Position numbers and translations under genes: made by a program. The notes beneath the pieces are model-generated. The model was not told the DNA's origin. It was given only the letters and a program-made list of their open reading frames with translations, and ran no database searches. Of a DNA stretch of 64,000 nt, positions 10,359 to 18,761 are shown in pieces; positions within the stretch are counted from its first letter, which is position 1, and each line of letters starts with the position of its first letter. This DNA is from Opitutus sp. GAS368 (lineage in GTDB: Bacteria > Verrucomicrobiota > Verrucomicrobiia > Opitutales > UBA953): NCBI GenBank assembly GCA_945866215.1, contig CAMBGQ010000001.1, positions 36,150 to 100,149 of the forward strand, given 5' to 3'.

Positions 10359-11269
10359 GAATTGCCGTCGTCGGAACCGGTGCCCTCGGCGGCTGGTATG
10401 CCGCGCTGCTGGCGGAGGCTGGCCATGAAGTCCATTGTCTGGCTCGGACCGACTTTCTCGCAATTCGGCAGCATGGTCTGAGTATTCGGAATCAAGGCCA
10501 AGAACGCCGGGTCCGCGTCGCTTCCGCCACGCCTAACGCGACGGAGATCGGCCCCTGCGACCTCGTCGTCATCGCGATTAAAACGACCGCCAACGCGGCC
10601 CTGCCGCAACTCGTCCCCCCCCTGCTGGGTCCGGCCACCGTCGTCGTCACCCTCCAGAATGGCATGGGCAACGTCGAGGCCTTGACGCAGCTGCTCCCCG
10701 CCGAACGCATCGTCGCTGGCCTGTGCTTCGTCTGCATCAATCGGCTCGCTCCCGCGGTCATCGACACGACGCTCGCCGGTTATGTCCGCATGGCGGCGGC
10801 GAATGGCCCCGTCAACCCAGCGGTCACGCGGAGCGTCGCGACCTTCGCCGCTGCGGGCGTGGATTGCCAAGCGGAAGCCTCGCTCGAGGCGGTGCTCTGG
10901 AAGAAACTCTGCTGGAATATCCCGTTCAACGGTCTCGCCATCGCCGGCGGCGGCGTCACGACCGATCGCATCCTCGCCGACCCTGCCCTCAACGAAAGGG
11001 CCTATCTACTCATGAAGGAAACGCAGGCCGCCGCTGTCGCCCGGGGCCATGCGTTTGAAGATTCGCACATCAAGCGCCAGTTCACCGTCACGGTCGGCAT
11101 GGGCGCCTACCGACCCTCGAGCCTCATCGATTACCTCGATGGTCGCGAAGTCGAAATCGACGGCATCTGGGGAGAGCCTTACCGCCGCGGGGTGGCGGCC
11201 GGGGCACACATGCCGGAGACGGCGAAGCTGATCGGGGAGATCCGCTCCCTCGTCGCCGCCCGCGGATAG
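10355..11269 (+). CDS. panE: 2-dehydropantoate 2-reductase (ketopantoate reductase, ApbA/PanE family)
   Basis: Rossmann N-terminus MRIAVVGTGALGG; 304 aa. ATGA overlap with the nadB stop. Confidence 0.8.
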   Translation: MRIAVVGTGALGGWYAALLAEAGHEVHCLARTDFLAIRQHGLSIRNQGQERRVRVASATPNATEIGPCDLVVIAIKTTANAALPQLVPPLLGPATVVVTLQNGMGNVEALTQLLPAERIVAGLCFVCINRLAPAVIDTTLAGYVRMAAANGPVNPAVTRSVATFAAAGVDCQAEASLEAVLWKKLCWNIPFNGLAIAGGGVTTDRILADPALNERAYLLMKETQAAAVARGHAFEDSHIKRQFTVTVGMGAYRPSSLIDYLDGREVEIDGIWGEPYRRGVAAGAHMPETAKLIGEIRSLVAARG

Positions 11270-11276
11270 GAAGGAC

Positions 11277-11750
11277 TCAAAGTTCCGGCGGGGCCGGTCC
11301 CAGCTCTGCGAGACGGGTGTGCACTGCATCGGTCACCCGCGAAGGAGAAAGGAAACCCAACGGCATGTCCGTGATGACGTCGCGGGCGAACAGGGTCCGG
11401 CCGACGCGATCTTCCAGCCGAAGAAGCAGCTGGATCCTTGCTCCTGGCGAGCCAGCCGAAACGGGGCGGGTATGCCAGCTAAACCGGACCGTGGCCTGGG
11501 CCTGTGCTGGCTCCGCTACGACCTCAAAGCCCTGGTCGCGGAGAGAACGGACGGCGGCGTCATGGATGGCTGCATCCAGCTCAGCGAACTCTGCCGTCGA
11601 CGCACCTGTGGGATCGGTCACGAAGATGCGGCGCATCGTCGGTGACGACACCTCTACCGTGGTCGGCTCCGGTCCTACCCCGAGGCAACCGGCAAGGAAT
11701 GCCACCCCGACGAACGCCCAGAGCGACGGGGCTATGTGGCGGGAGTGCAT
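11277..11750 (-). CDS. Hypothetical lipoprotein
   Basis: Signal peptide with lipobox FLAGC near the N-terminus; 157 aa. No recognisable domain. Confidence 0.6.
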   Translation of the reverse strand: MHSRHIAPSLWAFVGVAFLAGCLGVGPEPTTVEVSSPTMRRIFVTDPTGASTAEFAELDAAIHDAAVRSLRDQGFEVVAEPAQAQATVRFSWHTRPVSAGSPGARIQLLLRLEDRVGRTLFARDVITDMPLGFLSPSRVTDAVHTRLAELGPAPPEL

Positions 11751-11763
11751 AACTTGTTTATTA
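11749..11763 (-). promoter_or_regulatory. AT-rich 15-mer ATAACTTGTTTATTA (minus-strand TAATAAACAAGTTAT) abutting the lipoprotein start codon; copy 1 of 2
   Basis: Identical 15-mer also at 14385-14399. On the minus strand the TAATAA hexamer ends 7 nt before the ATG. Confidence 0.3.
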
Positions 11764-11842
11764 CCCGTTCTCGCTCCGGGACAAGCAGGGACATGATGGA
11801 GGACAGGTTGACCTTTAGCGTCAGCTCCCTCCCCTTCACGCC

Positions 11843-12898
11843 ATGGCCCGTGTCCAAGCCGTCACCTTCGATCTAGCAGGCACCCTGCTTTTCCCGCACC
11901 CCTCGGTCGGAAGCGTGTACTCGGCCTGCGCGCTTCGGCATGGCGTCGTCGTTGAAGCGGCCGTGCTCGACGCTACCTTTGCGTTGGCCTTCCAAGGCGG
12001 ACCGAAGAACGCCTCGCCGGAAGTCTTCTGGAAGGAAGTCGTCCAGCGCTGTTTCGGTTCAGCGCTGCCCTCGGCGAAGACCGATGCGGTATTCCAGGAA
12101 TGCTGGACGGCGTTCGCTCAACCCGCGGCATGGCGGCTGGCCCCTGGCGCGCTCCCGGCCATCTCGGCGATTCGCTTCCTCGGCGTCAAGGTCGGCGTCC
12201 TTTCAAATGCCGACGCGCGGATGCGCCAAGTCTTGGACGGACATGGGCTGACGAAGCACCTTGACGGAATCTTCCTATCTGCGGAAAGCGGCCACAAGAA
12301 ACCCGACCCCAAGGCTTTCGTCCACGCCGCCCGGGCCTTGGGTGCGGCGGTGACCGGCTTGGTGCATTTCGGCGACAGCCCGACGGAAGACGGGGAAGGC
12401 GCCCGCGACGCTGGCGCCACTGCCGTGGTCGTCGGCGGTGCGTATGCCCCGGAAAGATGCCTGCGCAATGAGAAGCTCTCCGAGGCCCCTTACGCCGTCC
12501 GGGCGCTGCTTACCGAAGGAAAATTAAAAGGCCGGTTCTCCCGGACTGTGCAAAACCTCCTCGCGAACCTCCGCGGGTTACCCGAAGACCGCGGCCGCTC
12601 GACCGACCGGGCGATCCAGACGATCGACAATGCCGTGCTGGATGCCTTTAAAAAACTGCGGCTCGATAAGCCGGTCCCTGAAACCGCCATCGTCGCGCAC
12701 TGGTCGGAATTGCTGCCGCTCAAGCTGGCCCGCCGTTCGGCGCCTTTGCGTGTGCTCGAAGGCGGGAAACTCGTCGTGCAATGCGAGAACTCCGTCATCA
12801 AATCGGAGCTTCGTTTTCATGAACGATCGATGCTGGCGAAGATCCGGCTCCTGCGCGGCTGCCAGGATATCCGCGCGATCAGCTTCGTGAACGCCTAA
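11843..12898 (+). CDS. HAD-superfamily hydrolase (haloacid dehalogenase-like, subfamily IA) fused in frame to a C-terminal DUF721 (DciA-like) domain
   Basis: N-terminal HAD motifs: VTFDLAGTL, VLSNAD, KKPDP and GDSPTEDGEGA. The C-terminal approximately 100 aa (AIVAHWSELLPLKLARRSAPLRVLEGGKLVVQCENSVIKSELRFHERSMLAKI) fits the DUF721 pattern. No in-frame stop lies between the two parts. Confidence 0.7.
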   Translation: MARVQAVTFDLAGTLLFPHPSVGSVYSACALRHGVVVEAAVLDATFALAFQGGPKNASPEVFWKEVVQRCFGSALPSAKTDAVFQECWTAFAQPAAWRLAPGALPAISAIRFLGVKVGVLSNADARMRQVLDGHGLTKHLDGIFLSAESGHKKPDPKAFVHAARALGAAVTGLVHFGDSPTEDGEGARDAGATAVVVGGAYAPERCLRNEKLSEAPYAVRALLTEGKLKGRFSRTVQNLLANLRGLPEDRGRSTDRAIQTIDNAVLDAFKKLRLDKPVPETAIVAHWSELLPLKLARRSAPLRVLEGGKLVVQCENSVIKSELRFHERSMLAKIRLLRGCQDIRAISFVNA

Positions 12899-13291
12899 TC
12901 AATTCGATTTCGGCTCGTAGGGATGCTGGAAAACTTCGCGGAAGTCGTAGACCTCCTTGAAATCTTCAGGATTATCCTCCGGCGAACGTCCGAAGAGCCC
13001 GGTGTCGATGATATTGAAGACGATGTTCCCGACATCGGCGGACTTGCGCAGCCCCCAGTTGTGGAGGAGCGGATAGGCCATCGGCCCGTAGGTCTCGAGC
13101 ACGTGTTGGCGAAAGCCCTCCAGGAGCTGCGGGCCGCTGACATGGCGGTTTACGGTGCTCTTGCCTTTCTTCGGTTCACCATGGACCAGCTTCTGCGCAT
13201 GATCCAGGCCGAGACGCACGACATCGTAGGCCTGCGGTTGGTAGCGGGAGTCCTTGAGGCGGATGAGGCGGACGGCTTCGTCGAAATCCAT
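12899..13291 (-). CDS. Small conserved hypothetical protein (resembles Minf_1886-type proteins of Verrucomicrobia/Planctomycetes)
   Basis: About 130 aa. ATG at 13291 is preferred over the listed TTG at 13297. The family assignment is from memory of the sequence pattern only. Confidence 0.65.
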   Translation of the reverse strand: MDFDEAVRLIRLKDSRYQPQAYDVVRLGLDHAQKLVHGEPKKGKSTVNRHVSGPQLLEGFRQHVLETYGPMAYPLLHNWGLRKSADVGNIVFNIIDTGLFGRSPEDNPEDFKEVYDFREVFQHPYEPKSN

Positions 13292-13293
13292 GG

Positions 13294-14382
13294 TCAAAGC
13301 TTTGCGAGTTCGGCCAACAGGCGGGCGTTCTGGGCCTCGGTGCCCACGGTCAGGCGCAGCCAGCCGGTCATACCGTAGCCGCGGAGCGGCCGGACAATGA
13401 CGCCGGCTTTCTGCAGCACCGTGAACGCTTCCTCCGCCCGGGGTATCTGGGCGGCCAGAAAGTTGGCCTTGCCATCAATAAAGGCGAAGCCGAGCCGAGT
13501 GAGGCCGGCGGAGAGTTGGGCGATGCCGGCGTCGTTGACCTCGCGGGTGCGTCGCACGAAGTCATCGTCATCGAGGGCGGCCTCAGCAGCAGCGAGGGCC
13601 GGCAGGTTGACATTGAAGGGCTGGCGAACGCGATTGAGCAGGCCGCAGATTTCGGGCGACCCCATCAGGTAGCCGACGCGAAGACCGGCGAGACCGTAGG
13701 CCTTGGAGAAGGTGCGGGACAGCACCACCTTCCGGCCAGACTTCATCAGCGGACGAAGGTCGGCGGAGGTTTCCAGGTATTCCGCATAGGCCTCGTCGAG
13801 GCAGAAGATCACGTCGTCGGGCAGTGAGGCGGCGAACGCCAAGATTGCCGCGGGGTCATCGGTCCCGCCTGTCGGATTATTGGGGCTGGCGAGAAAGACG
13901 AGGCGCGTCTTCGGGGTGACCGCCGCGCGCATGGCGGGGAGGTCGTGACGATATCCCGGCATCGGCACCTCGACCGCCGTCGCACCGAATAGCATCGTCG
14001 CCAGTTTGTAGACGACGAATGCCTGGGAGCCGAAGACGACTTCATCGCCTGGACGCAGAAAAGCTTGGGCGAGCAAGATCATCACCTCGTTGGAGCCGTT
14101 GCCGACGACGAAGTTGCCGGGCTCCAGCGCCCATTTACGCGCCAGCTTTTCGCGCAGGAAGGTGCAGCCGCCGTCGGGATAAAGGTGACACTGGTCCAAG
14201 GCTTTGTGGGCGGCCGCAATGCCGATGGGCGAGGGACCGAGCGGGTTCTCGTTCGAGGCGAGCTTGATGACGGCGGCAGGATCGAGACCGAACTCACGGG
14301 CGACCACCTCGATGGGCCGACCTGCCTCATAGAGGGGCTGGGTCAGCACGGGGCGATTAGCCAGGTCGGAATAGGATGCCAT
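13294..14382 (-). CDS. hisC: Histidinol-phosphate aminotransferase
   Basis: Class I/II aminotransferase with PLP-lysine context SRTFSKAYGLAGLRVGY. ATG at 14382 (MASYSDL) is preferred over the upstream alternative start. Confidence 0.85.
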   Translation of the reverse strand: MASYSDLANRPVLTQPLYEAGRPIEVVAREFGLDPAAVIKLASNENPLGPSPIGIAAAHKALDQCHLYPDGGCTFLREKLARKWALEPGNFVVGNGSNEVMILLAQAFLRPGDEVVFGSQAFVVYKLATMLFGATAVEVPMPGYRHDLPAMRAAVTPKTRLVFLASPNNPTGGTDDPAAILAFAASLPDDVIFCLDEAYAEYLETSADLRPLMKSGRKVVLSRTFSKAYGLAGLRVGYLMGSPEICGLLNRVRQPFNVNLPALAAAEAALDDDDFVRRTREVNDAGIAQLSAGLTRLGFAFIDGKANFLAAQIPRAEEAFTVLQKAGVIVRPLRGYGMTGWLRLTVGTEAQNARLLAELAKL

Positions 14383-14384
14383 GG

Positions 14385-14399
14385 ATAACTTGTTTATTA
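14385..14399 (-). promoter_or_regulatory. AT-rich 15-mer ATAACTTGTTTATTA; copy 2 of 2, 2 nt upstream of the hisC ATG
   Basis: Identical to 11749-11763. On the minus strand it reads TAATAAACAAGTTATCC-ATG. Confidence 0.3.
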
Positions 14400-14479
14400 A
14401 GAGATTCCTGCAGCTTGGCAAGCGAGAGCGAACCTCCTCCCCGCTTGCCACTGGTGGCGCCGAGGTTTATGCGTGCCCC

Positions 14480-15445
14480 ATGAAAATCGTCGTCACCGGC
14501 GCCTCAGGCTTCCTCGGTCGCGAAGTCTGTCTCGCCGCCTTACGTCGCGGCCATGAGGTCGTGGCGTTGGGCGGGAGCCGGGCTCCGGTCATCCCGGGCG
14601 TCACGCAGGCGCGCTCGTTCGACCTCTGCTCCGCGTCCGCCCTCGAAGCGCTCGTGCTCGAGGAATTCCCGCAGGCCGTCGTGCACTGCGCGGCGCTGCC
14701 GACGATCGAAGCCTGCCTCGCAAATCCTGCGCAAGCCGCGGCGCTGAATACGGAGGTCCCAAAGAAGCTCGCGCAGCTCTGCTTCCATCTGGGGGCAAAA
14801 CTTATCCACGTCTCGACCGACACCGTCTTCGATGGCGTCGCCGGAAATTATCAGCCCACCGACCAACCTGCCCCGCTCAACCTTTACGGCGAGACCAAGG
14901 CGGCCGCTGAAGTCGAAGTACTCCGTTTCGGCCGCGAGCATGCCGCGGTCCTGCGAACTTCACCGATCATCGGTAATTCGCCCAGCGGGGAACGCGGACT
15001 GCATGAGCGTCTTTTCGTTGCCTGGAAAACCGGACAGAAGGTCGCGCTGTTCACCGACGAATTGCGCCAGCCGGTCGAAGTTACCAACCTCGCCGATGTG
15101 ACCATCGAGCTATGCGAGCGCGGCAATCTCTCCGGGCTTTTCCATTGGGCTGGCACCGAAGCCTTGAGCCGGCACGAGATCGGCGTTCGAGTCGCCCGGC
15201 ATTTCGGCCTGGATGCCGCGGAGCTCGTGCGCGCCATCAGCCGGGCGGAGGTACCCACCGCGGCGGCGCGGCCGCGCGACCTCAGCCTGCGCCTGCACCC
15301 GCTGGCCGGCAAACTTCGTACCCCTGCCCAAACTTTCGACGAACAACTTACCGCGTTGCGAGTCCCGCGTGGCTGCGAGGATTGGTATGAGAAAGTGACG
15401 GGGCGAAAGGTCGTGCGTCGGCTTGAAAAAGGCATAGATTTCTGA
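14480..15445 (+). CDS. SDR-family NAD(P)-dependent reductase, RmlD (dTDP-4-dehydrorhamnose reductase)-like
   Basis: MKIVVTGASGFLG Rossmann motif, YGETK catalytic YxxxK, about 320 aa. ATG at 14480 is preferred over the listed 14381. Confidence 0.7.
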   Translation: MKIVVTGASGFLGREVCLAALRRGHEVVALGGSRAPVIPGVTQARSFDLCSASALEALVLEEFPQAVVHCAALPTIEACLANPAQAAALNTEVPKKLAQLCFHLGAKLIHVSTDTVFDGVAGNYQPTDQPAPLNLYGETKAAAEVEVLRFGREHAAVLRTSPIIGNSPSGERGLHERLFVAWKTGQKVALFTDELRQPVEVTNLADVTIELCERGNLSGLFHWAGTEALSRHEIGVRVARHFGLDAAELVRAISRAEVPTAAARPRDLSLRLHPLAGKLRTPAQTFDEQLTALRVPRGCEDWYEKVTGRKVVRRLEKGIDF

Positions 15446-15447
15446 GC

Positions 15448-16143
15448 ATGGACGTACTTCCCCGCCAGGCCGCCGACGCGGTCGAAAACATGGCCGCGGA
15501 TCTGATGCTCCTGGAGTTCTACCCCCGGCCCGAGGTGGTGCGCTTCCGCGCCTACGCTTGGACATCGCCGGCCTACACCTTCGGCGTCTCTCAACCCTGG
15601 GCCAAGTATCGCGCGCAGGTACCCGCCCAATACCCGCTGGTCCGTCGAGCGACCGGCGGCGGCCTGGTCTCACACCTCGAGGATTGGACGTTCGCGCTCG
15701 TCATTCCACCGTCCCATCCGCTCTTTGCGGCGGACGCGATGGCAAGCTATGCCGCAGTCCATGAGGCCCTGCTCCAAGCCTTGGTCCGCCAAGGTCAGCC
15801 CGTCCAATTGGCGCCGATGCCGGCAGGCGAGCGCAACTTCCTCGCGCCAGATGACTGTGCCCGTCGCGCTGAGCCCAACGACCTCGTCCGCAGCGACGAT
15901 GGCCGCAAGGTGGCTGGGGCCGCGCAGAAACGAACCCGCCAAGGGCTGCTCATCGAGGGCTACGTCTGGCGGCCTTTCCTGGTCGGCTGCGACTGGGAGC
16001 GCTTCGCGCAGGACTTCGTGCAGACCCTAAGCACTGTCCTGCGCAGCCCCGCCGTCCTCGTCACCGAGCCGCAGTACCACCAGTTCGACCACGAAGGAAC
16101 GTGGGGCAAGTTTGCCTCGCAAGAGTGGAACGAACGGATCTAA
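15448..16143 (+). CDS. Biotin/lipoate A/B protein ligase family protein (LplA/LipB-like)
   Basis: RRATGGGLVSH motif and downstream GAAQKRT lysine context typical of lipoate-protein ligase catalytic domains. Confidence 0.7.
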   Translation: MDVLPRQAADAVENMAADLMLLEFYPRPEVVRFRAYAWTSPAYTFGVSQPWAKYRAQVPAQYPLVRRATGGGLVSHLEDWTFALVIPPSHPLFAADAMASYAAVHEALLQALVRQGQPVQLAPMPAGERNFLAPDDCARRAEPNDLVRSDDGRKVAGAAQKRTRQGLLIEGYVWRPFLVGCDWERFAQDFVQTLSTVLRSPAVLVTEPQYHQFDHEGTWGKFASQEWNERI

Positions 16144-18719
16144 GCGAAGAGATCCAACTCCGGACCTGCTTCCTTGGTCTTCGGCTTGGGCACAGCGGGC
16201 TTCTTGGGCTCAACGGCTGGCAGAGGCACGCCTGCCATCGGCGAGGCCTTGGCGGGCAGCCCAGACCCCGCCTCGAGCCCACCCAGAATCTCGCGGGCGC
16301 GCTGGACTACCGCCGGCGGCATGCCAGCTAGCCGGGCCACTTGGATGCCGTAGGAACGATCGGCAGGGCCAGGCACCACTCGCCGGACGAAGACGATCTC
16401 ATCCTGCCACTCCTTGACGGTCACCGACCAGTTGCGCAGGCGCGACATGGAGTCCGCCAGCTTCGTCAGTTCATGGTAATGGGTCGCGAACAAGGTGCGC
16501 GGACCCGACTCGGCGCCGCCATGGAGGTGCTCGGCGACGGCCCAGGCGATGCTGATACCATCGTAGGTGCTCGTGCCGCGGCCGATCTCGTCGAGCACGA
16601 CCAGTGAGCGCGTCGTGGCATTATTGAGGATGTTCGCGGTCTCGTTCATCTCCACCATGAAGGTGGAATTACCGCGGGCCAGTTCGTCGGAGGCGCCGAC
16701 CCGGCAGAAAATCCGGTCGACGAGGCCAATGCGGGCGGAGGCGGCCGGCACCCAGCAACCGAGGTGCGCCAACAAAGCGATCAGGGCGACTTGACGGATG
16801 TAAGTCGATTTACCCGCCATGTTCGGACCAGTCAGCAGGGCAATCTGTTCGCCGGAACAACTCAGACGGGTATCGTTCGGGACAAAGGAGCCGGCCCCTG
16901 GGCGAGCGAGCAGCATGCGTTCGACAACGGGATGGCGCCCCTGGACGATCTCCAGTGCGTCGGAGTCGTCGACCGATGGTTTATTCCAGGCGGCCTCGCG
17001 GGCGAGCTCCGCCCAGCCTCGGAGGACGTCGACCTCGGCGACGGCCAAGGCGGTGGCGAGCAACGATTCCGTCCGGGCGACGGCCTCGGCCAGCAAAGCT
17101 TGAAAAAGCTCCGTCTCGCGGGCGAGCGCCTGTTCATCGGCGCGCAGCACCTCGCGTTCCTTGGTCCGTAATTCCTCGGTCGTGAAGCGCTCGGCGTTGA
17201 CCATTGTTTGCTTGCGGATGTAATCAGCGGGGACGTTGGCGAGATTGGCCTTGGTGATCTCGATCGCGTAACCGAAAGCGCCATTGTAGCGAACCTTCAG
17301 CGACCGGATACCGGTGCGGTTTTGTTCGTGGCGTTCGAATTCAGCAATCCAGCCCTTTTGGTCGGAGGCCAGCGAGCGCAGGCGGTCCAGTTCGGCGTCG
17401 AAGCCGGTGCGCAGGGCGCCCCCTGCGCTCAAGTCGACGGGAAGTTCATCGCCCAAGGCGGCTTCAAGCCGCGCGAGCAGCGCGGGCTCGGGATGAATGC
17501 GACCGGCCTGGTCGGCAAGCGCGCCGCCGGGGAAAGCCAGTAGTTCCTCGCGGATAGGCGGGAGCGCCCGAAGGGTGTCGCGGACTCCGCCGAGTTCACG
17601 CGGATTACGCAGACGATTCTGCAGGCGCGCGAGGATGCGGGCGATGTCGCGGATGCCGCTGAGCCCCTCGCTGACCCGGGACGAAGCGCCGGGATGTTTG
17701 AAGAATTCTCCGACGGCCTCCTGGCGGCGGGAGATCACGAGGAGATCGGTCGAAGGTTCGGCCAGCCAGAGCGCCAACAAGCGAGCGCCGGCGGGGGTCA
17801 GGGTGCGATCGATGGTCTCAAGGAGCGAACCCTCGCGCGCGCCATTGGAGGCAGCGAAGAGCTCGAGGTTGCGCGAAGACGCCGCATCCAGCAACACGGA
17901 CGAACCCAGCCGCGTCTCGATGAGTCGGAAAAGGTTCTTCGGCCGGTCGCAGAGCGAATCCGTCACGTAGCCGAGCACCGCGCCAGCAGCCCCCAGGGCG
18001 GGATGGCCCTCGGTCAGGCCGAAACCCGCGAGCCCATGGACGGATAAAGTCTGCGCGACGAGGCGGCCGCCAGCGGCGCCGTCGAAGTTCCAGCCTGGTA
18101 GGCGAGAGAGCGCCCTGCCCTGCAGGAATCCTTCCAAGGCCTCGCGCTGTTCGGCCGGAGGCTCGAGGCCCTCGGGCAGGATAATCTCCCGCGGCGAGAC
18201 CGAATGAAGCAAAGGAAGCAGGCGCGCCGGGGAGGTATCAGATGCCAGCCGAAAATCCGCCGTCGAGACATCGAGCCAGGCGGCGTGCCACCCCTGCTTG
18301 TCCCAAGTAATCGCCGCGAGATAGTTGCCGCGGCGCGAGTCGAGTTGGGAATCTTCCAGCGCGGTGCCCGGAGTCAGGATGCGGGTCAACCCGCGACGCA
18401 CCAGTTTGCCGGCAACCGGCGTCTCCAGCTGATCGCAGATGGCCACCTTCCACCCAGCCGCAAGCAACCGGTTGACGTAGGCTGGCGCGGCATGATGCGG
18501 CAGGCCGGCCATCGGCGTCTCGTGGCGTTTCGTCAACGTCAGGCCGAGGACCCTGGCTGCCACGACGGCGTCTTCGCCGAAGACCTCGTAGAAATCTCCT
18601 AGGCGGAAAAGCAGGATCGTCCCGGCGGCGAGCTTCTCGCGAAACTCACGGTACTGACGCTGCATCGGGGTTTCTTTTTCCACTGCGAGCAGGGAAACTC
18701 TCCGCAAACGCGTGCGCAA
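16140..18719 (-). CDS. mutS: DNA mismatch repair protein MutS
   Basis: TPMQRQY N-terminal motif, Walker A GPNMAGKST and DEIGRGTSTYDG. The C-terminal ELDLFA resembles a beta-clamp-binding motif. Start uncertain: TTG at 18719, or ATG at 18665 which would remove the conserved TP. Confidence 0.95.
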   Translation of the reverse strand: MRTRLRRVSLLAVEKETPMQRQYREFREKLAAGTILLFRLGDFYEVFGEDAVVAARVLGLTLTKRHETPMAGLPHHAAPAYVNRLLAAGWKVAICDQLETPVAGKLVRRGLTRILTPGTALEDSQLDSRRGNYLAAITWDKQGWHAAWLDVSTADFRLASDTSPARLLPLLHSVSPREIILPEGLEPPAEQREALEGFLQGRALSRLPGWNFDGAAGGRLVAQTLSVHGLAGFGLTEGHPALGAAGAVLGYVTDSLCDRPKNLFRLIETRLGSSVLLDAASSRNLELFAASNGAREGSLLETIDRTLTPAGARLLALWLAEPSTDLLVISRRQEAVGEFFKHPGASSRVSEGLSGIRDIARILARLQNRLRNPRELGGVRDTLRALPPIREELLAFPGGALADQAGRIHPEPALLARLEAALGDELPVDLSAGGALRTGFDAELDRLRSLASDQKGWIAEFERHEQNRTGIRSLKVRYNGAFGYAIEITKANLANVPADYIRKQTMVNAERFTTEELRTKEREVLRADEQALARETELFQALLAEAVARTESLLATALAVAEVDVLRGWAELAREAAWNKPSVDDSDALEIVQGRHPVVERMLLARPGAGSFVPNDTRLSCSGEQIALLTGPNMAGKSTYIRQVALIALLAHLGCWVPAASARIGLVDRIFCRVGASDELARGNSTFMVEMNETANILNNATTRSLVVLDEIGRGTSTYDGISIAWAVAEHLHGGAESGPRTLFATHYHELTKLADSMSRLRNWSVTVKEWQDEIVFVRRVVPGPADRSYGIQVARLAGMPPAVVQRAREILGGLEAGSGLPAKASPMAGVPLPAVEPKKPAVPKPKTKEAGPELDLFA

Positions 18720-18761
18720 GAACGGACTACCCTCCCCCGGCCCCGAGGGGCGGGAAGTTGC

